A stretch of 63,624 bases of DNA, filler included, from Phoronis australis (Eukaryota > Animalia > Phoronida): NCBI GenBank assembly GCA_002633005.1. It is 7 parts of 7 records of this genome, joined end to end, with 100 filler letters (N's around TTAATTAATTAA, not from the genome) between each part and the next. Parts side by side here need not be neighbours in the genome. Positions count along the whole stretch, not along the records: positions 1 to 16,379 come from NMRA01001334.1; positions 16,480 to 27,336 come from NMRA01001093.1; 5 more parts are not named here. One strand, 5' to 3'. The position numbers were made by a program, and so were the translations under genes. The notes below the pieces were generated by a model that ran no database searches, was not told where the DNA came from, and worked only from the letters and a program-made list of their open reading frames with translations. Below are positions 12,897 through 24,472 of the stretch, piece after piece. Every line of letters begins with the position of its first letter. Positions within the stretch are counted from its first letter, which is position 1.

Positions 12897-14766
12897 AATT
12901 AAAAAATCTATTGCTCAACTGCTACCTCCCTGGTTGAGAAAAATGTTGATATGTCTATATTGACATCTTTTTGCAAGTTCATGGCCAAATTGAGCTTCTT
13001 CATTTCAAGCACTTCTATATTGAGCTTCAGGCGCTTGTTGTCCATTTTCAAGTATAGCGTCGTCTATTTCATCCTTTCTTGTTTTGCTTGATTTTGGTTT
13101 GCTGTAAACTGAAATGAAAATCGCACGTTACATGCATGTTATCCAGTAAACAGATTACGTCAGACTACTATTGAAAATCAAAGCATAGTTTTAGTGGGAA
13201 TGTTCATAGTTGCTTACACTCGTAAGCACAAATGTCCTACCCACATGAGCGCCAGCATTTTAATAAATAATCAAAGGTTAATTACTTCTTTTCTGGCTGA
13301 TCACCGGCTCTATCTCATCTTCGTCACTGCCTGGAAGATTAAAAAGTAATCGTTAAACTTTGAAGTAGTTTCAACTTAGCGAATGGTCGCAAATTACAAA
13401 AATGTCAACATTTTGGAAAGTAACTAATTTATTAATGGCTACCGACAACCGTCATACCTTTTGCATCATCCCCGCTGTGTTCAGTCATGCCAAGATCTAG
13501 AAAATTCAAACGTAGAATAGAACATGGGATTTAAAGTCAATCATTGAGTGGAAAAGTCAACACATAGGTGTAATGTTTCCAGAGGCGGATCTACGGGGTT
13601 CCGCTGATTCAACCCCCCGTCGGGACAAGATCAAAAATAAAAAAAATTAAAAACGTCAGAAAAACGAAATCAGCTACTAAAGACCAAAAAAATTTACACG
13701 GAAGGAGGTTTTCCTACAGTACCTTCCCTACTCTCTGCGCTATGCTCCTCGGATTCACGCGAATCCTCACCTCCCCCTACTGAAAACGTAGATCTGCCAC
13801 TGTGGTTATATATTTTACAAGTGTCGGGCATAAACAATAATTTGCATTCGACGCAAAACAAAACCACTCACCATCTGTTTCAAAACCTCCCTGGATGCCA
13901 GAGACTTCGACCTTTTCATCGAAGTGAGCCAAAATGGCCTCGTCTCTTGCATCCAAGCCTTTTGCAGGTGGCCCATCGCCGGCCTTTTTGGCACTCATCT
14001 TGATTTCATCAATTTTTGATTTAGCTGTGGGAGGAATTAAACAACGGATAGGTAACTCAAATTACATTAATGATCTGCACTGGAGTGTCTCACCGCATGA
14101 TTTACATCCTAGAAACCGGCGGCACTACAGAACTGGCCTCCCATAGACACGGAGTACTTGAAAGTACATTTAGTGTTAACCGAAGGGAGTGGGAGTCAAT
14201 ATTGTGAAGCATAACTAGGAATTTATAAAATGCAATTACAATATGCATACCAAATAGTTGGATAAGATACAAAAAATACACTCCGACTTTTAGGTAGGCA
14301 TTCACATTTTCACATAGTAAGAGGAAGTCAACCAACAAACAGCAATTATCTTGTTACAAAATTGCTTACATCTTTGTTTTAGGTTTTGAAATTTTTTCCT
14401 ACATTCCTCTGGCTACCTTTTTGGTCTTGAACTGGCTGAAATTAAATGAATACAGTAAATCAAATTCTGGACAAACTGAAATTAACAGTGTCATTTAAAC
14501 TATATAATACGTTCACTAATGTGTATATCGCACTGTGCGCACTGAAACTCACCTACTTATGAATTTGGCCACCACTTCCCATCCAGTCCTTTTTTGACTG
14601 ACGATTTTATAGCTCCTGAACCCCGGTGGTCTCCGAATAACGTGCTTTCCATGGCCATGACCTTTTCTATGAGGGACGTTTCGTCTGCGATTGTCCACAG
14701 ACGTCGTTTGGCAGATGCGATGTTTTGATTGCTCGGTGGTGTAACGTTTTCTATGCTGAAAGACAA
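12897..14766 (-). pseudogene. Harbinger Myb/SANT-like DNA-binding protein pseudogene, multi-exon
   Basis: Exon about 14553-14766 (KRRLWTIADETSLIEKV, frameshift near its end); 14370-14435 (R*PEECRKKFQNLKQR); 13872-14024 (AKKAGDGPP...IQGGFETDG); small acidic exons near 13460 and 13290; coiled-coil exon (LKMDNKRLKLNIEVLEMKKLNL). GT-AG borders are visible. Confidence 0.82.
13580..13802. mobile_element. hAT-like MITE in an intron of the Myb-like gene
   Basis: Termini cagaggcggatctacg and cgtagatctgccactg are inverted repeats; no intact 8-bp TSD. Confidence 0.55.
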
Positions 14767-16379
14767 TTGTAATCCGTGATAACCAGTCTAATAAATTGTT
14801 AACTCAGTTATGTTTCACGTAAAAAACTAGATGATTCGCATACTATTTTGAATGACAACCTGATATTGCCCATGGCAACATAGTACATTTTTCCTGACTG
14901 AGTTGTTAACGTTTTGCGAACCTCACAACAATATCCACAGTTTGCTACATTTGGAAATATATTAACTTTGAAATGGATAATCGGACTCAAATGAGTTTTC
15001 AGGAGGTTCGATTTATGCTACTCAATGACGCAATAAGGGATTGGTTTTAAAGTGTTTTTCAAGTTTTTGCATGACAACCGTGCAGTTAAACCGTTTTCTT
15101 GGAGACCCCTATAGAAGCGCTGGTTAACTAAGAAGTTCAAAGCGAGGCATTGAGCAGAAGATATGGGACGATGAAGGAACGCTGGTCAAAATAACGGTGT
15201 ATTTTGGGTTTAAAAACGTATATTATTCTGTAATTTGGCAACAAAAGGGTTGTCGTTTGCCCAAACTTTCGCAAGATTTCGATCCGAAACTGTTTAGGTA
15301 AGGTGAGCCTACTTTGCTTTCCGTTTATAACTTTTCACCAATATACCGCACCACTTTATGAATCAATGTGAACGGTTTCGCTGTATATTGAACTCATTGT
15401 ATGCAATATCACTCAAATACTTACATTTTGGCTGCTGTCTGTGACCTTTTCACTCAAAATCAGACGATCACGCAGTAGAGGATGCACTTCTCGCAGATTT
15501 TTTTATGTAATTCACATCACAGGAGAGTTCAATAAGTAACTCGAGTACGATTTCTCGAGTAAACTCGATTTCGAGTCGACTCGAAAATGACAATTGGGCA
15601 CGCAATTTCGAGTTCGAATCGACTGAGACAGATTTCGAGTAGAAATTTTCGAGTCCGAGTTCGAGTTCGAGTCTTACATTAGGCACCAGGCCCGGGTAAC
15701 TCAACGGGATCGTTGTGTCAACCCTCCGCTCCGCAGTCAGTATCGATATAAGTTCCGTCACAGGTTATCCTCTTGGCAAACCTCATAAAAATTAGTTACA
15801 TATGTTTAACGGTTTACCGTAGGCGCTCATTTACATGGGCATCTCTACGTGTACAAGTATATCTATTACAAAGTATCTTTAGTACTTTGAACCGATATCT
15901 GAATAACATTGACAGGTATTTTATGAGATTACTCTCAACGCGGAATCAAATCTGCCGCTTCCACACTCGCACTCCTACTGTCTGGCAAGGTATTTCGACT
16001 GTATCTATTGCTGGAGTCACCGATTTCAGATATTATGTGATGGACTGCAGCGAGAAATGGGAGTTATGTAATAAAATGACGACCCGTCTTGCATTAAAGC
16101 TCTGATCAGACAAAATAGCTTAAACAAGTCCAACCAATCCGACAATAATCCCGAACATGTGCCGATAATGCCACATTCAGTGCACATGCCATTTCGTGAG
16201 ATTACATGCAGCTTATACGTGCAGTTTTTACAATTTCAAATGTCATAAATGAGCCTGGTTTGTGTGCCCAAACCGAATAAACACACGTTGTCTTCGAAAC
16301 TATTACAATCAAGAAAATTGGCATACCGGCTCGAAAAAAACCCGGTCACTATTCAAATCCTCGACAGGTCGCCCGCCGG

Positions 16380-16479
16380 NNNNNNNNNNNNNNNNNNNNN
16401 NNNNNNNNNNNNNNNNNNNNNNNTTAATTAATTAANNNNNNNNNNNNNNNNNNNNNNNNNNNNNNNNNNNNNNNNNNNN
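16380..16479. other. Assembly spacer (N44-TTAATTAATTAA-N44); also at 27337, 50405, 53682, 58859 and 60896
   Basis: The identical 100-bp structure occurs six times and has stop codons in all six frames. Confidence 0.97.
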
Positions 16480-19068
16480 CGCTTTTGAGGTCCGAAATTC
16501 AATTTTTTGCTTATGTCATTTTAATAAGAATAAGTCATTTTAAATAATAAGCTGTTAAACTCTTATCGCAGGACACGACACATTTCAAAACTCTTACATC
16601 AGTGTATCTGGACTTTGATATTTGTAAGCCCAAAGACATAGATTTGTCCGAATTTCATGAACCTACACTACAACGAAAAGAAATAATGACTATTTAGACT
16701 ATTACGCAGCCATATAGGTTGACTTAGGAGTAGACTACAAACATGACAAAAATAAGTTGGATTGCAATAAGTACTCATGGTTTTAACTTATTAAGTTTTT
16801 GGTCATCAGACTCTAGCCACTTTTCCTGTAAAGGGCCCCAGGACTTTTACATAGTTACACATATAAAACAGAAAGCAATTTAATAAACTTTTTATGTGTT
16901 CAGTCATCTCAAACACGGCAGTTTTCCGCATGGTGAGTTGTTAGGATCAAATCTGCTCAAAAATGGAAAGCCACTGTCATCTCCTTAATACACCTTATCG
17001 TTGATAGCAGTTCATAAATCATTCGCTACGGTGGTGCCACCAGTCCTGCAAAGCAGTACGAGCAATATTTTGGAGTTCACGCAGGAATGGCGTATAAGGT
17101 TACTGAATAAACTATTTTATGATGTTCTCTGGCATAAAACATTTTCTTTGAGATCGAGGGGTGTCATTTAGCGCAACGAAAAAAATTAGCTGAAGGTTGG
17201 TTTGATAGTTCGAAGGGCCGAGAGTCCGAAATGAATTCCCAGGCAAACAGCGGGAAAGAGTCCGAAAAACGACAACACTTCAACTCGCATATAAATTACC
17301 ATATTTACATCTTCGTTAATTTCTTGATGCTTAATATATATATTCGACAGCAAAATGAATGATTGCTAAGGTAGAAAAATATTTAACTAGTCTTGCAGAA
17401 AAGGCGAGAGTCAATGAAGTAGCCTACCAAAATATATACCACTAACTTCGGAATGACAGTTTCTGCGAGAGAAAGTCTAAGATTTTTTAAATGTCATATT
17501 TTTAAGAAATTCCATCACTGTTAAATACAAAGTTTTATTTTAATGTATATGTGTGTATTTAGGAACATGCACGTACATTGGATCCAAAGATCCGTCTATA
17601 ATTGGAATTAGGTGCTTGCACTGGTACACCAATCCAATGAGTAAAGCTGTTGTTCCAATTGATGGTCTGGTGCACCCATCACTTAAAAAATATGCACTGT
17701 TATTCCGTTCTTGCAGAGGATTCTTGCCAATGACACAGGCTCGCTCGGTACACCTGGCCTTTTGTGCGTGTACATGCAAGTACGTCGTGCTTCCACATTA
17801 CTTCACATCCAGACCAGGCACTTACATATTGCTTTTCAGTTGAAATTTATAGGTTTATGTTAACATCCATTTCATATTTCCAAACATTGCACTCCGAAAG
17901 AGTGCCCATTCAAAATAGGAAATTTGCATGAACCGGGTTTTAGAAAGCTTTTAGTGCCTGCAAAGAAAGATCTGCTCATGAAGTCAGACTTTAAACTTAA
18001 CTGTGCATTTTTACTCAATAATTTGAACTTTTAGACTGAACTGTACCTTTAGCTTTTGCGACGATGAAAAATTCAAATAATGTTATAGATGCTGATTGGT
18101 GTTTTTGTTTTTACGGAGTGGCAATATACAATTTCACCCCAAACTGAATATCTTGCATACAGCTTCAGTTATGCTCAGTGTTCACAAAGCAAATTGCTTC
18201 AGAAATAATGCCCTATTTCCACCAGCGATTTTCGGGGAAAAAACACTCGCTCAGGGCACTTTTTCGGATATTTCCAAAATTAAAGCAGTCGTTAGCTTAA
18301 ATGAAAGTGCAAAAAGATCAGTTGGCATTGTTTGGAAATGAATAATCATATAAGCTCAGACTATTTGACCAAAGTCTTTTACGCCCTTTTTAGAAAAAAA
18401 TTGGGATAGTAGCATTATGTGGACGCAAAAAATAGCATTGCATTCAATGTTCAAGCAGCTATCAACCCACGTTCCATCCAAAAAGCTAACTTAAGATTTT
18501 GGTCACCTTATTCAAATAATAACTGGTTTCAAAGCACTAGCACATTGTTTCCTCAAGACCTTGTTCAGTGCCTAAAATTACATGCCAACTTGTGAAGCCT
18601 AGTCTCAAGCAACAATGGACTGTCAATTCTTTCAAAGCTTCAAAACTCTGAAATCGCCTTTAATTTGACAGACAGTAAGTGGCATAGGCAAGTTTATAAG
18701 TATTTTAACAGAAGGTCTCTCGGAATTACGAGTACAAGCTGATTTATCACCTCTTGTGGCAGTTTTTATTGCCCATCTTTTCAGAGATAACATTATTGTA
18801 CTACTATATCTATTGTGACTCATTATGTTGTATTGTTAACTATAATTAGTCGTAATAAATGACATATTTACGCCAACCTTCGGTCTCCTTTTCATTTCTG
18901 GTAACGAGCTTGCGATGCACGATTTTGTCTAGTCTATGTGTCAAATATGAAGCAGTATTGTCATTGAAGACAAAATGCTCATTTAAACAACAAATAAATA
19001 AATAATTTACTCAGAGCCAACATTGTCAAAACTGTGATACAGTAAGGTAAGAGTTTCATATAACCTAC

Positions 19069-19250
19069 CTGCCAGCCTGGAATACACTCACATCTGTTGG
19101 GTCCCACACATCGGCCATTACCAGAGCAGTTTGCAATGGCCGAGCACTCGTACACGGAACAGTCTTCGCCCGTCCAGCCAGGCTTACAAACACACGTGGT
19201 GCCTTCACATGACCCGCGTTGGCCATAGCAAGAGTTGGGACACCTGGATG
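19069..19250 (-). CDS. Exon with tenascin-type EGF repeats (PbH1/CTL/EGF gene)
   Basis: Translates to CPNSCYGQRGSCEGTTCVCKPGWTGEDCSVYECSAIANCSGNGRCVGPNRCECIPGWQ, followed by a GTAG donor. The acceptor (ttcaag) was chosen for phase-1 compatibility and is less certain. Confidence 0.82.
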
Positions 19251-19676
19251 CTTGAAGCAGAAGATCTCATAAGACCACAAGAGCAAAGCAAAGCATTGTG
19301 CCCACAGTACAATGCAAATGGCATGTTTCTAGGAGAACTTATCAGTTTTACGAACAAGGTACAGGAAGACAACAATTTGACCACATTGTGTAGTTGCTAT
19401 AGACAGAATTGACAAAAAAGTGTTGGTAACTGAGATCATATCAAAAAGTTTTTTAAAAAATATGCATATTTCAACATTAATAGCAAAGAAATGAAGTATG
19501 CAACAAAAAGACTTTGCACTAAACATTAAAAAATTATCAGGACTGGTCTAGTCTACATCTTAAAAGTACAATCATTAGGTTTGCCAGATAAAAAGACAGA
19601 CACAAACTGGTATGACAGGCATAGCACTGGTTGGAATCAGAACTGGAAGCTGTCATCATCTTCAAAATAGAATATT

Positions 19677-19925
19677 ATGATGGTCAATATCCCAGCTATA
19701 CACATCACATCCCTAACACTATGGTCAATATCTTACCAACACATCACACCCATAACACTATGGTCAATATACCAACTTAACACATCACATTATGGTCAAT
19801 ATCATAGCAACACATCACATCCCTATCATTATGGTCAATATCATAGCAACACATCACATCCCTAACACTATGGTCAATATCTCAGTTGCCTATCACACCC
19901 CTAAAACTATGGTCAATATCTTAGC
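19677..19925. repeat. Intronic minisatellite, about 37-bp unit (atggtcaatatc...cacatcacatccctaacact)
   Basis: About seven diverged tandem copies. Confidence 0.85.
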
Positions 19926-20214
19926 TGTCCATCCTAAACACTAAAAAATAGTAAAAGTAGGAACACATGACAGCCTGTTCTCTGTAAAAATCTAGTAGCA
20001 ATATAATGGTGGATACTTAGCTACTCGAAAGTATCTGGCAAGCTCACTTCAACTTAATCAAGTGACCTTTGATCCTCTCATCTAATCAAACTGCCCATTT
20101 AAAGAAAACAACACCAACTCTGAGAACTGTCCATACTCTGCAAATCTTGGCGATGGAACAAACAGTTCGAAGTCTTCCAACAATGTATACCCATATCATG
20201 AGGCTAGTACTTAC

Positions 20215-20317
20215 TCTGAACGCTCTCACAGGGCGCAGCATATCGCAGTGTGCATGGCACTTGATGCCGGTAAAGTCCATTATCTGTCATCTGAAGGATG
20301 GTGCAATCACCATCTGA
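20215..20317 (-). CDS. C-type lectin-like domain, exon 3
   Basis: Acceptor ctag; SDGDCTILQMTDNGLYRHQVPCTLRYAAPCESVQ; donor gtaagt; phase 0 to phase 1. Confidence 0.75.
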
Positions 20318-20510
20318 CTAGAAATATCAAGATATCCAATGAAAGCAACAAGAAGTTGATGGTTAAAGGTTATGTAGGGACTACAAAATACACTTTATAC
20401 TTGCATATTCTTGTTATTATAATGCGCCCACTTTTTTAAGTCAAATATTTTCATTTCCAACAAAGGTATATTTCATAGTACAATACCCCTTAGTTGGGGC
20501 TTTCACTTAC

Positions 20511-20639
20511 ACGTTCCTTTTTTGTCCAAAGCTGGGGGTACACGTTGTTTCCTTCTGAATTATTATACGCAGCCATGGACCTCACCAGGGAGGCCAGCTC
20601 AGTGAGTCTGGCAACAGACAGTAAGTTACCACCTTGTTT
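20511..20639 (-). CDS. C-type lectin-like domain, exon 2
   Basis: Acceptor ttacag; KQGGNLLSVARLTELASLVRSM...QLWTKKER; donor gtaagt; 129 nt, phase 0-0. Confidence 0.8.
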
Positions 20640-20941
20640 CTGTAAATCATTAGCAAGCGGGATAACAAACATCAAAATATATTTCTTTATCACTTATCAA
20701 AATAAAACCTTTGACAAATAAAGATCTGATAGTGAGACTTTCCATAACTACGAAGTCTTGAAGTTAAAACTGCTTTCAACAAATATGTCAAAATTAAAAA
20801 TTTCATCTTATCTTGAAACCGACAAACTGACATTACCATTATGATACAAAGTGAAAAAACACTTTTTGGTTTGAATGAAGTTGTTTGACATCAGAACAAA
20901 GAAGTCATTCTTACTTCAAGCAGTCTTGAAAACCAGCTTAC

Positions 20942-21042
20942 CTGACACATGTAAACAGCTTCAGAGTAAGAGTGTCCACCAGTCAACACGGTGATACAAG
21001 AGGTGGGTGTTTCCTCCCAGCCCACATTACATTTAGTGGAGA
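20942..21042 (-). CDS. C-type lectin-like domain, exon 1
   Basis: Acceptor tcacag; STKCNVGWEETPTSCITVLTGGHSYSEAVYMCQ; donor gtaagc; phase 1 to phase 0, compatible with both neighbouring exons. Confidence 0.82.
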
Positions 21043-21936
21043 CTGTGACGAAATGAACAATACAAAACGGTAAGACAGCTTCATACTAAAGCTTGGATTA
21101 GACATTAATGCACACCAAGTCAACAACACTGTACTGTGCCATGTACAGTGAAAGTAACACCAAGCCCTAAGTTATAAGAAGACAACGAGCTCCAGTAATG
21201 CCAGCACTTTTACAAAAAAACAATTTATGTTCCACATAAGAAAACATTTATACACTAAGGGTCATAATTTAACATGCACTATCTAGTGAATTCTGAACAC
21301 TTCCATAGGCTTACATTTAGTTTAAAGTAAAAATCCTCATAAATGTATGGTAGCACATTCTAAAACAGTCAAAATGACACGCTATGTCCTGGTTGCATAC
21401 AACATACATGACTTCGTATATTTTATTAATAAGGTAATTGTCAATTTTTTTCAAACGTACTCTATTCGCATACCGGTAGTTGAATGGGCCAATGCGCATG
21501 AAATTTTGTGCGCTCGTTAAACACAAAGGGAATTGTGTTTCAGACTTTTGGTTTCCTTCAAACATCAGAAATATAGGCTGCCAAGAAAGAAGACTTGGGG
21601 CAAAGTTTCAAAAACTGATCACTGACATCTCAACACCAATATCTGACGCACAATTCCCTGTATATTGACTGTAAAAATAATTATGCCGTTCAAATACAAA
21701 GTATCTCGCACTTAAAGTTTTCAGAAATTCATGTTCAAAGCAAAAAATGTAGGTTTTCACAAAATGAAAAGTGTCACGTGATTATAAACAATCATGGTAA
21801 AAGGTTTTAAATATGTGTTAAGATTTTTTAGTCGTGGTGGATTCATAAAATTGCTTGAAAAGGAAGGGTTAGAAATTAATATGATGGAACGTGAACACGG
21901 AGGATGACAATTACATTCATTTGACATTTTACAGCC

Positions 21937-22088
21937 GCACTCACTGATACATACTAAAGGACAGGCTGCACTCACTGATACTTACTAAAGGACAGGCTGC
22001 ACTCACTGATACTTACTAAAGGACAGGCTGCACTCACTGATACTTACTAAAGGACAGGCTGCACTCACTGATACTTACTAAAGGACAG
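21937..22088 (-). repeat. 31-bp tandem repeat (about 4.9 copies) spanning an exon-intron junction
   Basis: Minus-strand unit AGCCTGTCCTTTAGTAAGTATCAGTGAGTGC; the copies are near-identical. Confidence 0.95.
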
Positions 22089-22963
22089 TAAGTTGAAAGG
22101 CTTCTCCCGATAAGGCTCAACAATGAACATCGCCTGGTTACTGTATATGTAGCGGCCACTCTGTTGCATTCTTCTCCAAATGGCTTGTGCAATGTTTGAG
22201 CCCCACCAATTGTAGGTGGCATTTACCAACAAGCCAGTTTCACCCAATTTGTTGATGTATATGTCAGACCTAACGTCTGGGTTAACAATAATGTTGTTGT
22301 GGATTTTAAAGGCCGCATACTGAAGATAAAATAACCGACTTGAGTACTTGTTGGAGGCTTTGTTAAACAGAAAAACGTTCTCTGAGATGTCATGCTGTCC
22401 GTTACTTAAAATGAAATGAAATGAGCTTCCTCTAGATGAAAGACTATTGTTTGCTATGATGTTTCTAAAGAAACTTGAGGAGACAGATCGTGTCAAATAG
22501 ACCAAGTAATGGGGAGTTGAAGCGACTTGAATGTTCTGTATAGTATTTTTAAAAATGTTCACATGGTTGTCAGAATTATAAGCCCCAGATATTCTTATGG
22601 CTACGTCCGATGTCAGTACATCACCAATGTAGTTGTGAATAATGTTCACTCGGCAGTTGCTTGAGCCAATCAAATCCAACCATAAGCCTCGTTTGGTGAA
22701 TCCAGAGATGTGATTGTTGACAATAGAAACTTTCACAGCCTTCACATTAAGCTCCACAGCTGAGCAGGCAGTACAGTTCAAGTCCAACTTGTTGTTGACG
22801 ATATTTACTATAATTTTAGAAGAAGGTTGTTTCACAAGAAAAGGGGGAGTGCTGGATGGAATGTATGAAGAACTTTGTGACTTCATCTTCACTGCCATAG
22901 TCCTGCTGTCAAAGAAGTTTCCACTGATGGTAACTGTTTGCAACCTCTGACTTGCTGAGACAT
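22079..22963 (-). CDS. Large exon with right-handed beta-helix (PbH1) repeats, bark beetle/anakonda-like extracellular protein
   Basis: 885-nt phase 1-1 exon with repeated I-x-x-N motifs and VNATYNWWGS; splices in frame to the lectin exon at 21042. Confidence 0.85.
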
Positions 22964-23659
22964 CTGTTGGCAAAAGTACAACACAATATTTACCAGCTCT
23001 ATGAACTAGTGATCAGGTTGTTTAAAGCAGTTTTCACTCAGGATAAATGCTCAATCTATAGTCAATGCGAGTATTGGCACAGAAAATTTGGAATGACAAG
23101 TCCCAGACAGGGCCACATGCAAGTCTAGCAATAGACGGACCTAATACAACTGTTGGGTTCAAGTTCACAACATGCTCACAAGAGAAAAACGCGCATGCAG
23201 TCAAAATGACAACTGAGGGACAGAAATACTGAACGCATATCAAACTTGTTTTCAATGAGTTGTCTTTTAGAAAGTTGTGACAAGGAAATGATGTTATCGT
23301 AAGATCAAGATCATAAGATCAAAATGTTGGTACTCTTCAAAACACCGCATGTCAGACGTAGCCCGAAAAAAACTGAAATGAAAAAATTTGGATACTACGA
23401 CAGAAATTGCAGCTGCTCTCCAGTCCAAAATGCACATGATTTTCTGTTGCACATAACGTACTGTAATTAAAGTGTGACTTTCATGATTTTTACAAATGCA
23501 TTGACATTCACCATAAGGTTGTCTAAAATAAAAGCAATTCACAGCAATGATATGTATCAACATTGAACCAAAAACTGATTGAGTCACTTATCACATTCAT
23601 GTAAGGTACAACAAGACATTAATTTGACTAAAAGCGGTAGCTGCAATAGTCAGGAATTG

Positions 23660-23766
23660 ACAAAAATGGGGTAATAAAGTCAAATGGGTGCTAAAGTAGT
23701 CAAAAGATGTGTTAAATTAGACAAAAAGGGTGCTACAGTAGTCAAACAGGGTGCTAGAGTAGTCAG
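23660..23766. repeat. About 21-bp tandem repeat (aaatgggtgctaaagtagtca-like)
   Basis: About five diverged copies. Confidence 0.7.
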
Positions 23767-24472
23767 ATCTATCTAAAGCATGAATGGTGCCAGCACATTC
23801 CTCCCACATACTGTGTTAAGTGTTAATGTTTTGACAATTAATCAACAAAAAAAATAACTTGTTGAGACCAAAGTAACCACAAAGTGTTGTTGCAGGGACC
23901 GAGTGTTGACAGCACAAAGTTGTCACATACATTTATTTCAAGTTTCATTGAAATCTGCCACTTAGTTGTCTATATTATCCAGAAATTCTCTTCCTCCCAA
24001 AATACTGACCAAGCTCCTTGTTTAGACCAAAATGGCCATAGTGGTCTGTTGTAAAATATGCCGAAACACCAAAAGGTGCGGCAGCATTGCTGTCACAACA
24101 TTACGGCGTTCTGCTGTTCAGTGACTTTACCAGACGTAAGGGGTTGAGAGGGTGTGATAACACTTGGCTCCTTTGTTCACTGCCCAGCACATGAGCTATA
24201 CCAGGAGATAGCTCATTGGTAATACGTTCGCCGGGACAGAATAGATTGTCTTAACATTCGTTGTAGTTGGGCGATTTCCGCGATTCAAAAATTAAGCAGG
24301 ATCAGCATTTGAAGAGGAATTTAGAAATGTTATTGGTTTATGTTAAAATATGTTATACCTTAACTTTTAACAGCACAGCCCAGTCAGGCTAGACAGGATC
24401 TGATCGCAGATTAGAGCAATTGTCGAACAAAAGAGAGCTGGCCCTCCAACCATAAAAGTCAGAATGAAGTTA

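Larger units (their letters stand above)
6702..15692 (+). mobile_element. Full-length, decayed PIF/Harbinger DNA transposon
   Basis: TIRs ggcccggtgcctataatgtcagactcgaactc (from 6702) and gagttcgagtcttacattaggcaccaggcc (to 15692); 3-bp flanks CAG/CGG; many subterminal ACTCGAA repeats; encloses convergent transposase and Myb/SANT-like genes. Confidence 0.92.

Noticed and set aside
15468-15761. 97-aa ORF rich in L, E and S
   Set aside because: It is a translation of the Harbinger TIR and subterminal CTCGAA repeats.
16424-16435. Recurrent TTAATTAATTAA motif as a biological signal
   Set aside because: It is always centred in N runs of identical length, so it is an artificial linker.
17540-17843. 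Possible further EGF exon
   Set aside because: No frame gives EGF cysteine spacing with compatible splice sites.
21937-22088. CRISPR-like 31-bp repeats
   Set aside because: The units are contiguous with no unique spacers, there are no cas genes, and the context is a eukaryotic intron.
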